64,000 nt of DNA. Origin: Chamaesiphon sp. Lineage in GTDB: Bacteria > Cyanobacteriota > Cyanobacteriia > Cyanobacteriales > Chamaesiphonaceae. Numbering within the stretch: the first letter of the stretch is position 1; the number at the start of each line of letters is the position of its first letter. The stretch covers positions 64,001-128,000 of the forward strand of contig CBDFFH010000022.1 of NCBI GenBank assembly GCA_965246715.1. Direction: 5' to 3'. The position numbers and the translations under genes were made by a program. The notes under the pieces were generated by a model. It was not told where the DNA came from. It ran no database searches and saw only the letters and a program-made list of their open reading frames with translations. Shown here in pieces: positions 1-11,265 of the stretch.

Positions 1-519
1 CCAGAGTGGACAAAACCCTTTTGGGGTAACTTGGCAATTCGAGAGTTCGCTCTAGATAAATGGTCTAATTTAGTAGATGGAGATGACACTAAGCCTTGGG
101 GCGCTGGTTTGTGTGTTCGTAAGGTTGTCGGACAGAAGTATGCCGAATCAATTGAAAAAGATCCCAATCGCGTTAAGTTAGATCGTAAAGGTAAATCACT
201 TTTGGCCGGAGGAGATAAAGACTTGGTATTAACTGCTTGTGATATAGGCCTGGGTACTGGACTATTTACAGCATTAAAATTGACCCATATTATTCCCGCC
301 AATCGGTTGCAAGAAGACTATCTTTTGATGCTGATAGAAGGTCTAACTTACTCTTCAATAATTTTAGACACTTTTCGAGGCAAAATTGCACCAAGCTATT
401 CTTGGAAGGCAAAAATATTAAATCATGTTCGACGATGGTTTTTATCTCGAAGAGAACGTCGATTTAGGGATGCACATTTCAGAGGAATAAATTTAGCAAT
501 TCAAGAAATAAATAAATGA
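1..519 (+). CDS. Glycosyltransferase (probably GT2), C-terminal part; 5' end lies outside the window
   Basis: Frame is open from base 1 (PEWTKPFWGNLAIREF...). GAGL...R and GGDKDL resemble GT2 C-terminal motifs; EPS cluster context. Confidence 0.65.
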   Translation, partial: PEWTKPFWGNLAIREFALDKWSNLVDGDDTKPWGAGLCVRKVVGQKYAESIEKDPNRVKLDRKGKSLLAGGDKDLVLTACDIGLGTGLFTALKLTHIIPANRLQEDYLLMLIEGLTYSSIILDTFRGKIAPSYSWKAKILNHVRRWFLSRRERRFRDAHFRGINLAIQEINK

Positions 520-2306
520 TCGGATTAATATCTAAGCTTTTGTACATTACAAGAAATCGGCACAAACAGTTAGTTTTAATGATTTGTGTCTTCCTGTTTA
601 TTTCTATTTTAGAAATTTTCGGAACTGGAATTATCGGTCCTTTTATCGCAATTGCAACTAATCCAGATTTAATAAATAGTAATCTCTGGTTGAATATAAT
701 TTACACAAAATTAAATTTCAATTCGAGAGAGCAATTCTTGCTTATGCTAGGCTTAGTAGTAATTGTAGCTTTCTGTGTAAAATCATTTTTGAGTTTTTGC
801 GCTCAAAAAGCAATTTTTCAATTCGGATATAACTTAAAAGGTGAGCTGTCTTGTAAGTTAATGAAAGCTTATTTATCAGCGCCATATAGTTTTCATTTGA
901 ATATTAATTCTTCATCACTAATTCACGATATCACAGCAACTACGGACAATGTCTGTATCGGTGTCATTATGGCTATGTTGACATCAATCTCCAATGCCCT
1001 AGTTTCAGTAGCATTAATGCTACTGTTAGTTAAAACTAACGTCATCGCATTGATTCTTATTACGATGCTCTTACTCGTGATGCTGGGTCTGGTCAAATGG
1101 ATGAAACAGCGATTAACTCGATGGAGTAAAGATGGATGGCAATCTGCGGGCGAAATGATTCGTATTCTCCACCATAGTTTGGGTGGATTGAAAGAGGTTC
1201 GAGTCATTGGTTGTGAATCTTATTTCCAACAGCAAATGGAGGAACAATCAAAAAAATTTGCTGTAAATACAAGTCTACTCCAGAGCTATGGAAATTTACC
1301 TCGTTATGCACTTGAAGTATTTACTATCGCATTTTTGGTTGTTTTTGCAATCTTATTTATTTATATAGATCGAGAAAAACAAAATCTCAGTGCTGTTTTG
1401 GGGATTTTTGCCCTGGCATCTCTCCGCTTACTGCCAGCAACTGGAAATTTAGTTTCAGCAGTAAATATTATTAGATCCAATACTTTTGCAGTAGATAAAT
1501 TATATTTCGACATCCAGAACCTAGAAAAAGAACATCTCATTAATAATGATGGCTATAAAGAGCGAACAAACGAGCAAAAGCTCGCTACAAAATTAGAGCT
1601 AATGCCTTTCAAGCGTTACATCTCGATTGAAAATCTTATTTTTGCATATCCCAATGCTCAGCAAAAAGCCTTAGATGATATTTCATTAACAATTAAAAAA
1701 GGTCAATCTATCGGTATCATTGGTAAGTCTGGATCTGGCAAAACGACACTAGTAGATGTCATTTTAGGCTTGTTTTATCCACAATATGGAGATATCAAAG
1801 TTGATGGGGTTTCAGTCTATCAAAACCTGAGAGCTTGGCAAAATATTTTAGGATATGTGCCGCAAACAATTTTCTTGATTGATGACACATTAGAGCGAAA
1901 TATCGCCTTTGGCGTTCCCGACCGTTTGATCGATCGATCCAGACTTCAAAAAGCGATCGAGATGTCTCAGTTAACAGATGTCGTCGAACAATTACCCAAT
2001 GGCATTCATACTATGGTTGGCGAACGAGGCATCCTGCTATCTGGAGGACAACGGCAAAGAGTAGGAATTGCGCGCGTACTGTACCATCAGCGAGAAATTC
2101 TCGTTTTTGATGAAGCTACAGCAGCATTAGATAATGAAACAGAACATCTAGTCACAGAGGCAACGAAAGCGTTGAGTGGTAACAATACGATTATCATCAT
2201 CGCACATCGACTCTCGACGATCGAACATTGCGATTGTATTTACCAAATCGAGCGAGGGAACGTAATTAGATCGGGAAGTTATCAGGAAGTTATTCTTGGC
2301 AGTTGA
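516..2306 (+). CDS. ABC transporter, fused permease/ATPase (HepA/MsbA-like polysaccharide exporter)
   Basis: N-terminal TM helices, Walker A GKSGSGKT, signature LSGGQRQR, Walker B LVFDEAT, H-loop IAHRLST. Confidence 0.93.
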   Translation: MIGLISKLLYITRNRHKQLVLMICVFLFISILEIFGTGIIGPFIAIATNPDLINSNLWLNIIYTKLNFNSREQFLLMLGLVVIVAFCVKSFLSFCAQKAIFQFGYNLKGELSCKLMKAYLSAPYSFHLNINSSSLIHDITATTDNVCIGVIMAMLTSISNALVSVALMLLLVKTNVIALILITMLLLVMLGLVKWMKQRLTRWSKDGWQSAGEMIRILHHSLGGLKEVRVIGCESYFQQQMEEQSKKFAVNTSLLQSYGNLPRYALEVFTIAFLVVFAILFIYIDREKQNLSAVLGIFALASLRLLPATGNLVSAVNIIRSNTFAVDKLYFDIQNLEKEHLINNDGYKERTNEQKLATKLELMPFKRYISIENLIFAYPNAQQKALDDISLTIKKGQSIGIIGKSGSGKTTLVDVILGLFYPQYGDIKVDGVSVYQNLRAWQNILGYVPQTIFLIDDTLERNIAFGVPDRLIDRSRLQKAIEMSQLTDVVEQLPNGIHTMVGERGILLSGGQRQRVGIARVLYHQREILVFDEATAALDNETEHLVTEATKALSGNNTIIIIAHRLSTIEHCDCIYQIERGNVIRSGSYQEVILGS

Positions 2307-2352
2307 TCGATTAAAATTAAATATTAAACAACATAATTTAAATGAAATACTT

Positions 2353-3510
2353 GTGAAAATTGCTTACGTAACAACTTTCAATGCACGAGATTTGAACAGC
2401 TCTGATAACTGGGCTGGTACTGGCTATTACATTCCCAGATCGCTCGAACAGCAGTCACTATCATTAGAGTATATCGGTTCTCTCAAACAAAATTTAGACT
2501 CGCAGATAATCTGTAAATTCAAAAAATACTATCACGAAATATTTTCACCTGGAAAATATTTAAAACCCTTAGATCCACTAATTTTAAAAAATTACGCCAA
2601 TCGAGTCGAATGCGAGTTAAAAAAAGCAGAAGTAGATGTAGTGTTCAGTGCCACTATCGCACCAATTTCTCAGCTAGAATGTAAACAACCAATTGTATTT
2701 TGGGCTGATGCCACCTTTGAAAACCTGCTGGATTTTTACCCTCAGTTTACAGATCTTTGTGAAGAAAGCATTCAACACGGTCACTTAATGGAGAAATTAG
2801 CGCTAGACAAATGTAAATTAGCAATTTACGCATCCGATTGGGCGGCTCAGTCAGCAATTAACTATTATCAAGCAGATCCATCAAAAGTCAAGGTAGTACC
2901 TTTTGGCGCCAACATAGAACAGCACCGGACTTTTGATGAAATCAAGGAGGCGATCGATTCTCGTCCGGCTAACAAGTGTAAGCTCCTGTTTATTGGTTAT
3001 GACTGGGTGCGAAAAGGTGGCGATATTGCTGTCGCGTTGACCAAAACATTAAATGATATTGGTCTAGAGACAGAATTAACAGCTATCGGCTGTTCTCCAC
3101 ACATAGATGCAGCTGTAGTTCCATATGTCAAAACACTCGGTATAATTAGCAAATCGACGGCATCAGGTAGAGCTGAACTAGATCGATTACTGACAGAATC
3201 TCATTTTCTGATTATGCCATCGCAAGCTGAATGCTATGGGATTGTTTTTTGCGAAGCTGGCTCTTTTGGCGTACCTTGCCTATCAGCCAAAGTTGGCGGT
3301 ATTCCCACAGTCATTAAAGATAATATTAATGGAAAACTTTTCGATACAGGTGAAGGGATAGCTGAATATCGTGACTACGTTCTTAAATTATTTTCTAATT
3401 ATGAAGAGTACAACGAGTTAGCTATTTCTAGTTTTAATGAATATCAATCTCGGCTCAATTGGTTGGTAGCAGGTAGTACGGTTAAAGACTTATTACAAAC
3501 GATAGTTTGA
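2353..3510 (+). CDS. Glycosyltransferase family 4
   Basis: RKGG and ECYGIVFCEA (EX7E) motifs. Start taken at GTG 2353 (MKIAYV); the ORF track starts at 2296. Confidence 0.85.
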   Translation: MKIAYVTTFNARDLNSSDNWAGTGYYIPRSLEQQSLSLEYIGSLKQNLDSQIICKFKKYYHEIFSPGKYLKPLDPLILKNYANRVECELKKAEVDVVFSATIAPISQLECKQPIVFWADATFENLLDFYPQFTDLCEESIQHGHLMEKLALDKCKLAIYASDWAAQSAINYYQADPSKVKVVPFGANIEQHRTFDEIKEAIDSRPANKCKLLFIGYDWVRKGGDIAVALTKTLNDIGLETELTAIGCSPHIDAAVVPYVKTLGIISKSTASGRAELDRLLTESHFLIMPSQAECYGIVFCEAGSFGVPCLSAKVGGIPTVIKDNINGKLFDTGEGIAEYRDYVLKLFSNYEEYNELAISSFNEYQSRLNWLVAGSTVKDLLQTIV

Positions 3511-4646
3511 ATTTGGAGAATCCGATCGTGTTTGATTATCTGATTGTTGGGGCTGGGTTTGCTGGGAGCGTTTTAGCAGAACGGTTGACAAGTCAATTAA
3601 ACAAAAAAGTATTAATTGTCGATCGTCGCAACCATATCGGCGGCAATGCTTACGATCGATACAACAATGATGGCGTGCTAATTCATAAATACGGCCCGCA
3701 TATTTTTCATACAAATTCTCGCGATGTCTTTGAGTATTTATCGCTATTTACCGAGTGGCGACACTACGAGCACCGCGTCCTGGCTAGTGTAGACGGTCAG
3801 CTCGTACCGATTCCGATTAACTTAAATACGATCAATCAACTCTATGGACTGAATCTAACAGCATTCGAGGTAGAAGAGTTTTTGGCATCGGTTGCCGAAC
3901 CGCGAGACAAAATTTTGACCTCAGAGGACGTGGTAGTTAGTAAAGTCGGACAAGAATTATATAAAAAGTTTTTCCGCAACTATACACGCAAACAATGGGG
4001 CATAGATCCCTCAGAACTCGATCGATCTGTCACTGCACGCGTTCCCACCCGTATCAATCGCGACGATCGTTATTTTACCGATACATATCAGTCAATGCCT
4101 CTACATGGCTTTACGCCTATGTTTGAGAATATGCTCGCACACCCGAATATCAAGGTGATGCTCAACACTGATTATCGAGAAATTCAACAGGTCATTCCTT
4201 ATCAAGAAATGATTTATACCGGGCCAGTAGATGACTTTTTCGATTATCGCTTTGGAAAGTTGCCCTATCGATCGCTCGAATTCAAACACGAAACTCACGA
4301 TCGACCTGTCTTCCAATCTGCACCCGTGATTAATTATCCCAACGAGCATCTCTATACTCGCGTCACTGAGTTTAAATACCTGACCGGACAGCATCATCAC
4401 AAAACCAGCATTGTTTACGAGTTTCCTCAAGCTGAAGGCGATCCTTACTATCCAATTCCGCGTCTGGAAAATGCGGAACTTTACAAACAGTATAAAGAAC
4501 TTGCCGATGCCACTCCTGATGTACATTTCGTCGGCAGACTGGCGACTTATAAATATTACAACATGGATCAAGTTGTAGCTCAAGCCTTAATGACATTCGA
4601 TAAAATTAGCACTAGGGAGGCATTAGAAATGGCAATAACTAGTTAA
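3507..4646 (+). CDS. glf: UDP-galactopyranose mutase
   Basis: FAD motif GAGFAG, HIGGNAYD, HKYGPHIFHT, PYYP, GRLATYKYYNMDQ. Confidence 0.96.
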   Translation: MNLENPIVFDYLIVGAGFAGSVLAERLTSQLNKKVLIVDRRNHIGGNAYDRYNNDGVLIHKYGPHIFHTNSRDVFEYLSLFTEWRHYEHRVLASVDGQLVPIPINLNTINQLYGLNLTAFEVEEFLASVAEPRDKILTSEDVVVSKVGQELYKKFFRNYTRKQWGIDPSELDRSVTARVPTRINRDDRYFTDTYQSMPLHGFTPMFENMLAHPNIKVMLNTDYREIQQVIPYQEMIYTGPVDDFFDYRFGKLPYRSLEFKHETHDRPVFQSAPVINYPNEHLYTRVTEFKYLTGQHHHKTSIVYEFPQAEGDPYYPIPRLENAELYKQYKELADATPDVHFVGRLATYKYYNMDQVVAQALMTFDKISTREALEMAITS

Positions 4647-4772
4647 TTAATTTGCAATAAATTTAGAGGCGAAACCAGCATGACTAATAATTTTTACTCT
4701 AGTAATCGACAAAGTAATTAAATCGATAAATTACCTTGACATTTATATAGAATTTAGAACCAGAGCGAACTT

Positions 4773-5654
4773 ATGAATGATTCATTGCCAGCAGTTTCAA
4801 TTATCATGCCAGCCTACAAGCGCATCGATTATCTCAAGGAAGCGATCGAGAGTGCGCTGGTGCAAACTTTTACCAATTTTGAGATCGTTATTTGCGATGA
4901 TAGTGCCGAACCAAAAATCGCCGCTCTTTGTCGTAGCTATGGAGACTCGCGGATTACTTATCGAGCCAATCCCCAAAATTTGGGAATTGCCATGAATAAT
5001 TTTAGTGGCTTTCAATCAGCTCGCGCCGATTTGCTAACTAAACTAGATGATGACGATCGCTGGTTACCAGATTTTTTAGAAAAATTAGTGCCAGTAATGT
5101 TATCAAATTCAAACATTTGCTTGGCTTTTAGCGATCACTGGCTGATGGATAGTAATGGCGATCGAATGTTGGCAAAAACCGAAGAGCAAACAACTAGATT
5201 TGGTAGAAGTCAGCTTGGGCGAGGCTTGGTCGAACGACCGCAACAGTTAATTTTCCAGAAATCGATTCCGCTTGCCTCATCAGCAGTTTTTCGGAAATCA
5301 GCGATTGATTGGTCAGTGTATTCGGATCGGATAGGCGGTGCCTATGATTTCTTCCTAAGTTCTTGCCTGGTCGGTAGTGGGATGGATGTTTTTTATGAGC
5401 CAGAACGTTTGACTGAATATCGGATTCATTGTGGTAGCGGCACTTCAACTCGCGGCCTGCAAAATGCGCTAGAGACATTATTCGTATCGGAACATATTTA
5501 CCAAAGTCCTTTTTTCACTGAGATTGTAGCTGATTATCAAAAAATCTGTGCTTATAACTGTAAATGGGCTGGCAATCAATTTTTTAAACAAGGAAAAGCA
5601 CTGTCAGCTCTTTACTATTATAGTCAAGCATTAAAATATCGATTTTTAGGATAA
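4773..5654 (+). CDS. Glycosyltransferase family 2
   Basis: VSIIMPAY, ICDDS and LDDDD (DxD) motifs. Confidence 0.9.
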   Translation: MNDSLPAVSIIMPAYKRIDYLKEAIESALVQTFTNFEIVICDDSAEPKIAALCRSYGDSRITYRANPQNLGIAMNNFSGFQSARADLLTKLDDDDRWLPDFLEKLVPVMLSNSNICLAFSDHWLMDSNGDRMLAKTEEQTTRFGRSQLGRGLVERPQQLIFQKSIPLASSAVFRKSAIDWSVYSDRIGGAYDFFLSSCLVGSGMDVFYEPERLTEYRIHCGSGTSTRGLQNALETLFVSEHIYQSPFFTEIVADYQKICAYNCKWAGNQFFKQGKALSALYYYSQALKYRFLG

Positions 5655-5687
5655 AGAAAATAGTTTTAGATCGAGCCGCAAGCTATT

Positions 5688-6749
5688 TTGAGTATGAATA
5701 ATATGTTGGTTAGCATCATTATTAATAATTACAACTACGATCGTTTCCTGACAGAGTCAATTGATAGTGCTGTCAATCAAACTTATCCTCATACCGAAGT
5801 TATCGTTGTGGATGACGGATCTACAGATAGATCCCGTGAGATCATCGCTGGATATGGAGATCGGATTTGTGCGATTCTCCAAGCAAACGGCAAACAAGCA
5901 GCCGCTTTTAACAGTGGATTTGCCCGCAGCAAAGGCGAGATTGTTATCTTCTTGGATTCAGATGATTTTTTGTTGCCACAGGCAGTCGAGCAAATTGTCT
6001 CGGTTTGGAATCCCGCTCTTGCCAAAGTTCATTATCGCCTGACTGTTGTAGGTGCTAGTGGTCAGTCACTCGGCTATTCTGTTCCTCAAGGCGGTCAATT
6101 ATTATCAACAGGAGAAGTCTGGCGAATATTGTTGGAGTTTGGGGGGTATGCAAGTACTCCCACTAGTGGAAACGCACTCAATCGAAAGGCAATAGAGCCA
6201 ATTTTTCCGATTCCTGATGCCTATAAATTGACCGCAGATGATTATTTATCTACCCTGATTCCCTTTTATGGGAAAATTGCTGCGATTGAAGAGCCATTGG
6301 GCATTTATCGTATTCATGACAGCAATCAATGGGCACTGGCGACCGTCACGGGCGAACGGTTCGCGCGGTTCGTCCGCCACGATCTCCAAAATTATGCCCT
6401 GCTCGAACAAAAAGCCCAAGAATTGGGACATCAAATCCCCCTAGACTTGGAACAACGATCGATCGGTCGGATCTGGTCGCGGATTATCTCACTCAGACTC
6501 GATCCCGACCATCATCCAGTTAAATCGGATCGGACATTGGTTTTGATGTATCGGGGCATCCGATCGTTGTGGAAATATTCCATATTCAACTGGCAAAAAT
6601 GTCTCATCTACAGTATTTGGTTTGTTTGGGTGGGATTAATGCCATTAACTTTGGCACGTCCAGCAATGACATGGTTGTACGCTCCCCAATTTCGACCCAA
6701 AGGGATCGATTGGACTATCGAAAAAATTCGTACTTTAGTGAGTAGTTGA
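5688..6749 (+). CDS. Glycosyltransferase family 2
   Basis: SIIINNYNY, VVDDGSTD, FLDSDD. Confidence 0.9.
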   Translation: MSMNNMLVSIIINNYNYDRFLTESIDSAVNQTYPHTEVIVVDDGSTDRSREIIAGYGDRICAILQANGKQAAAFNSGFARSKGEIVIFLDSDDFLLPQAVEQIVSVWNPALAKVHYRLTVVGASGQSLGYSVPQGGQLLSTGEVWRILLEFGGYASTPTSGNALNRKAIEPIFPIPDAYKLTADDYLSTLIPFYGKIAAIEEPLGIYRIHDSNQWALATVTGERFARFVRHDLQNYALLEQKAQELGHQIPLDLEQRSIGRIWSRIISLRLDPDHHPVKSDRTLVLMYRGIRSLWKYSIFNWQKCLIYSIWFVWVGLMPLTLARPAMTWLYAPQFRPKGIDWTIEKIRTLVSS

Positions 6750-6759
6750 GGAAGAAAAA

Positions 6760-7944
6760 ATGAACGCTGTAGATAAATCCGTGCAAACCGAACGACTGCT
6801 AGCCCATGCAGGTCAGAAATTGAGGGTATTGTTTGTCAGTCATGCCTATGTTGTGGGTATCAATCAGGGTAAACTAGACGCGATCGCCGCAACCGATCGA
6901 GTCGATGTCGGTTTGCTAGTGCCCAACAACTGGCAGGCGGCAGAGTGGAATCGCCAGATGCCTGTCGAGACACCTTATCCCCGCATTCAAGTCTATCAAG
7001 CTCCTGCGATCGGCAGCGGACGCGGTGGAGCTTATTTCTATACACCTTGGGTACTGGGACAGGTAGTGAGAGAATTTCAACCCGATATCATTCAAGTAGA
7101 AGCAGAAGTATTCTCCCTAGTAGCTTTTCAACTAGCCATCTGGAGCAGAATAACAGGGACGCCACTCATTGTTTTTGGGTGGGAAAATATCGAACGCCAG
7201 TTACCCAGGCTGCGCCAGTTGACCTGTCAGTTTGTGCTAAATACCGCTCGCGCGCTCATTCCTGGCAATCAGGATGGAGCAAACATCTTACGTCAGTGGG
7301 GCTATCGCGGGCTACTGGAAGTAATGCCCCAAATGGGTGTCGATACTCAGTTTTTTGCCCCTCAACCCCGAGATCGGCAATCTGAATTTAATATTGGCTT
7401 CTTAGGTCGTTTAGTGCCTGAAAAAGGTGTCGATACCCTATTTGCCGCCGCACGATACCTAAAGGAACGAGGATTAACCTTCCGGATTACTGTTTGTGGT
7501 TCGGGAAGTGCTAATGAAGCTCTAAAACAGGCAGCAGAAGTTGAGCAGATTGCTGACCGAATTACCTGGGAAAAAGCCATTCGACATCAACAAGCCCCTG
7601 AAGCGATTAGCAAATTTGACGTGCTGGTGCTTCCCTCTCGATCGACTTCCAACTGGAGGGAGCAATTTGGTCATGTGCTAATTGAAGCAATGGCCATGGG
7701 AGTGCCGGTTATTGGTTCTGATTGTGGGGAGATCCCTAACGTTATTGGTAGATCGGATCTCATCTTTAAGGAGGAAGATGCTAAGGGACTAACGGCAATA
7801 TTAGAGCGAATGATTCGCGAACCAGGCTGGAATCAACACGTAGGATCCTATTGTTTACTGCGTGCACGTCAATACTATTCACATGAAAAAATCGCAGAAA
7901 GATCGATAGGACTGTGGCAAAAACTAATATCGACACATTGCTAA
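6760..7944 (+). CDS. Glycosyltransferase family 4
   Basis: GRLVPEKG, EQFGHVLIEAMAMG. Confidence 0.9.
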   Translation: MNAVDKSVQTERLLAHAGQKLRVLFVSHAYVVGINQGKLDAIAATDRVDVGLLVPNNWQAAEWNRQMPVETPYPRIQVYQAPAIGSGRGGAYFYTPWVLGQVVREFQPDIIQVEAEVFSLVAFQLAIWSRITGTPLIVFGWENIERQLPRLRQLTCQFVLNTARALIPGNQDGANILRQWGYRGLLEVMPQMGVDTQFFAPQPRDRQSEFNIGFLGRLVPEKGVDTLFAAARYLKERGLTFRITVCGSGSANEALKQAAEVEQIADRITWEKAIRHQQAPEAISKFDVLVLPSRSTSNWREQFGHVLIEAMAMGVPVIGSDCGEIPNVIGRSDLIFKEEDAKGLTAILERMIREPGWNQHVGSYCLLRARQYYSHEKIAERSIGLWQKLISTHC

Positions 7945-7971
7945 AAACTAAGAAATAATACAAAAACGACA

Positions 7972-9090
7972 ATGCAATACTCTCTACCTTTATACTTAAA
8001 AGAAAAATTGAAATCTCTGTTGCTAAATTCTTCTTCTGCATTTTGTGTTTCTCTTGATAAAAATGAGACGAGATTACTTCCATTTTTAGATCAGCTTTAT
8101 AAAACAGATTCTTTTAAACTAGACTCACTAAAAATTAATGAGGAGAAAATATCATTTGGGTCGGAAATTACTTATCCTGATTCAATTCTTTTTGAAATAT
8201 CAGCATTGAATCGCCGAAACTTATCTATCTTGCCTTCTGGCGGTATTTGTATTGAAAATGAAATTATCAACACTGGATTTCAGCAATATTACAATATATT
8301 TGGATACCTTCAAGGGTATCTCAAAAACAAAAATAAAATATCTGGCACAATCATAGCAAACTGGCCACAACGATTTCTTACATATGGAGATTTTGTTTTA
8401 CAGCTATTACCAGAATTATGCCTCATAAAATCAATAATTACACATGATGAATGGTTAAATGCAAAATTTGTTTTACCTAATCCACCTAGGTTTATGTTTG
8501 AATACTTGAAGCTAATCGGTTGTAACGAGAACCAATTAATAGATTCAAAAAAATCTTGTTTTCGTGTGGTGTCTAATTCCAAACTTTATTTTCGCGAAAA
8601 GGACATAATGTGGTTTCTTTGCGCACCGCCTCAATTAATTGATATTACCCGAAACTATTTTATACCTTTTGAAATTAGGCCAAGTGAAAAAATTATTTTT
8701 GTTGAGCGTCTTCGTGGCTATCGAAAGGCGGTGGGGCTTACCGAAAATGTGAGAGAGAGATTGAGAGAAATTGGAGTCGATTTTTTCGATGCTGCGCGCG
8801 CTTCTATAAAAACACAAATCGAAACCTTTGCAAGTGCCAAAATAGTTATTGGCATACATGGTGCTGGTATGGCTAACACTATGTGGTGCCAAAAAGGTAC
8901 TAAAATTGTCGAATTTTTTCATCCTAGTTTTGCTCCATGGTGTTATGCCATATTGGCAAATCAACTGGGGCTAGATTATTATTGTGTTGGAGGACAACTG
9001 GGTTATATGGACATCAATTTTCGAGAGTCGGATATAAATGTTGACTGGAGTTACCTACTTAAACTAATCGAGAGATTAAAAAAGGAATAA
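7972..9090 (+). CDS. Glycosyltransferase family 61 (DUF563)
   Basis: QIETFASAKIVIGIHGAGMAN motif typical of GT61; AT-rich. Confidence 0.8.
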   Translation: MQYSLPLYLKEKLKSLLLNSSSAFCVSLDKNETRLLPFLDQLYKTDSFKLDSLKINEEKISFGSEITYPDSILFEISALNRRNLSILPSGGICIENEIINTGFQQYYNIFGYLQGYLKNKNKISGTIIANWPQRFLTYGDFVLQLLPELCLIKSIITHDEWLNAKFVLPNPPRFMFEYLKLIGCNENQLIDSKKSCFRVVSNSKLYFREKDIMWFLCAPPQLIDITRNYFIPFEIRPSEKIIFVERLRGYRKAVGLTENVRERLREIGVDFFDAARASIKTQIETFASAKIVIGIHGAGMANTMWCQKGTKIVEFFHPSFAPWCYAILANQLGLDYYCVGGQLGYMDINFRESDINVDWSYLLKLIERLKKE

Positions 9091-9194
9091 GACTCTGTAT
9101 CTATTTTGGCGGTCGCTGTGATTGGATTTTGATTTTAATGAGTTTTAATAATTCAAGATTAGTTAATGTTTAGCACATAAATTGGATACCAACT

Positions 9195-9908
9195 ATGGAC
9201 GATATCAGAAAAAATAAAATTAATCGATCTCTACAAAGATTGGGTATTCGATTATTAAGATCTCCATACTGTAAATTTCCATACGATCGGGAGAATTTTC
9301 TAGAATTAGATCCTAGTAAAGATTTAGTAATTTTTGATGTAGGAGCTAACATCGGGCAATCTTCAATTTGGTTTGCACTTAATTTTCCAAATGCAAAAAT
9401 ATATGCATTTGAACCATTCCCAGTCATCTTTAACCGTCTTAAAGAAAATACATCAAAAATACAATCTATTGAATCTCATCAGATAGGATTGGGAAACAAC
9501 GAAAAAACATTGGAGCTACCGAGAATTGAGAATCCGCTTTGTCAAACGGCACAGCTTGCTGAGCAAATAATTTTAGAAACTCAGCATGTAGATATTATCA
9601 CAGTTAAAACTCTAGATAAGTTTTGTTCGGATAATTTTATCGATACAATTCACATCTTAAAAACAGATACAGAAGGTTATGACATCGAAGTACTGGAGGG
9701 TGCAAAAAGCCTTTTAAACCAAGGTAAAATATTAAATATTTTGTCAGAAGCATCAATAATTTTTGATGACAAACAACACACTAATTTTTATGATTTAAAG
9801 CAGTTTCTTTCTGTTTATAATTTTGAGAATTTTTCACTATACGATCTGCATCATAATGATAAAAATGGCAGATTAGAGTATTTCAATGCCTTGTTCAAAA
9901 TAATCTAG
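9195..9908 (+). CDS. FkbM-family methyltransferase
   Basis: DVGANIG, AFEP, LKTDTEGYD. Confidence 0.9.
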   Translation: MDDIRKNKINRSLQRLGIRLLRSPYCKFPYDRENFLELDPSKDLVIFDVGANIGQSSIWFALNFPNAKIYAFEPFPVIFNRLKENTSKIQSIESHQIGLGNNEKTLELPRIENPLCQTAQLAEQIILETQHVDIITVKTLDKFCSDNFIDTIHILKTDTEGYDIEVLEGAKSLLNQGKILNILSEASIIFDDKQHTNFYDLKQFLSVYNFENFSLYDLHHNDKNGRLEYFNALFKII

Positions 9909-10055
9909 AAATTGATACTTTGGATGGCGGTGAAGCTTGGATTCTATGAAGTAACAGCTAAAATAATTCTAACTCAATCAATCACATCTCGATTTTGGAT
10001 TATCCGCATCAGGTTGAAAACTAATATAGAAATTAACGAACGTTAGCTTAAAATA

Positions 10056-11171
10056 ATGCGCGTAGCAATCGCTCGAACAATGGCAGAATTTAGCTTGGAT
10101 ATCTACACTGACAATCTAATTGCCGGACTGAGAAAAGTTCGACCGGAATGGGAAATTATTGAATTGGCACCTCGATCGTTCGATCGAGGTAGTTCTTCTA
10201 TGTCACTACGAATTCAAAAATACTACGAACGGTTCTGGAAATATCCTCAAGCAGTCCGACAGCAGAAAGCAGATATTTATCATATTGTCGAACCCTGCGA
10301 CGGTCATATCGCTTATTGGCTCAAAAATTCTGGCAGCTCCATCCTCATCACCTGTCACGATCTGGCTAACTATTTTTTTCCTGATAATTTGCAAGGCTCG
10401 GTGCAACTACCAATCATCAGTAAATGGGCGTGGGTATATTCGGTCAACGGGATGCAGAATGCAGCCCATATTATTTCAGTGTCTACGGCCACAGCTGAGG
10501 ATACAACCGAAATCTTGAAGATCGATCCCATCCATATTACAGTCATTCCCAATGCGGTAGAAGCCATATTTCAGGCTTTACCTACAACTGAGAGTATGGT
10601 ATTTCGTCAGCAACAGGAAATTTCTGCCGAAACACTGTGCCTATTGAATGTGGGATCTAACCATCCTCGGAAGAATATCGACACGATCCTGCAAGCGATC
10701 GCGATTTTAAAAGACAAGCAACTCCCGATCTCCTTCTGGAAAGCCGGAGCTGATTTCACCGCCACACAACAGCAGTTCATCCAAGATCGAGGACTCGAAT
10801 CGATTGTCCGTCATTTCGGTAAACCCGATAAATCGACGCTCGTACGGTTATACAATGCTGCCGATATTTTAGTCGCACCATCATTGTATGAAGGTTTTGG
10901 GATTACACTATTGGAAGCTATGGCTTGTGGTACGCCAGCGATTACGTCAAACGCGTCAGCGATGCCAGAAGTCGTGGGCGATGCTGGCGTTTTAGTCGCA
11001 CCCACCAGTGCTGATGAAATAGCTGCCGCTGCCATCCGGCTTTACCACGAACCACAATTTTATCAACAACTAGTCAAGCGCGGTTTGGAACGAGTCAAAA
11101 CATTTACCTGGGAAAGTAACGCCGAGCTGGTAGCTCAAGTCTACGAGCGGACGATCGCGACTAAGAGGTGA
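10056..11171 (+). CDS. Glycosyltransferase family 4
   Basis: PRKN, EGFGITLLEAMACG. Confidence 0.9.
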   Translation: MRVAIARTMAEFSLDIYTDNLIAGLRKVRPEWEIIELAPRSFDRGSSSMSLRIQKYYERFWKYPQAVRQQKADIYHIVEPCDGHIAYWLKNSGSSILITCHDLANYFFPDNLQGSVQLPIISKWAWVYSVNGMQNAAHIISVSTATAEDTTEILKIDPIHITVIPNAVEAIFQALPTTESMVFRQQQEISAETLCLLNVGSNHPRKNIDTILQAIAILKDKQLPISFWKAGADFTATQQQFIQDRGLESIVRHFGKPDKSTLVRLYNAADILVAPSLYEGFGITLLEAMACGTPAITSNASAMPEVVGDAGVLVAPTSADEIAAAAIRLYHEPQFYQQLVKRGLERVKTFTWESNAELVAQVYERTIATKR

Positions 11172-11220
11172 GGGAATGTTGGGAGTACAGGAGAAAGGGG
11201 CAAAGGTGAAAAAGGAAATT

Positions 11221-11258
11221 ATCCACTATCAACTATTCATCCACTATTCACTATCCAC
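11221..11258. repeat. Short degenerate tandem repeat (CCACTAT/CACTATT-like, STRR-type)
   Basis: atccactatcaactattcatccactattcactatccac just upstream of ATG 11266. Confidence 0.4.
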
Positions 11259-11265
11259 AAAACCA

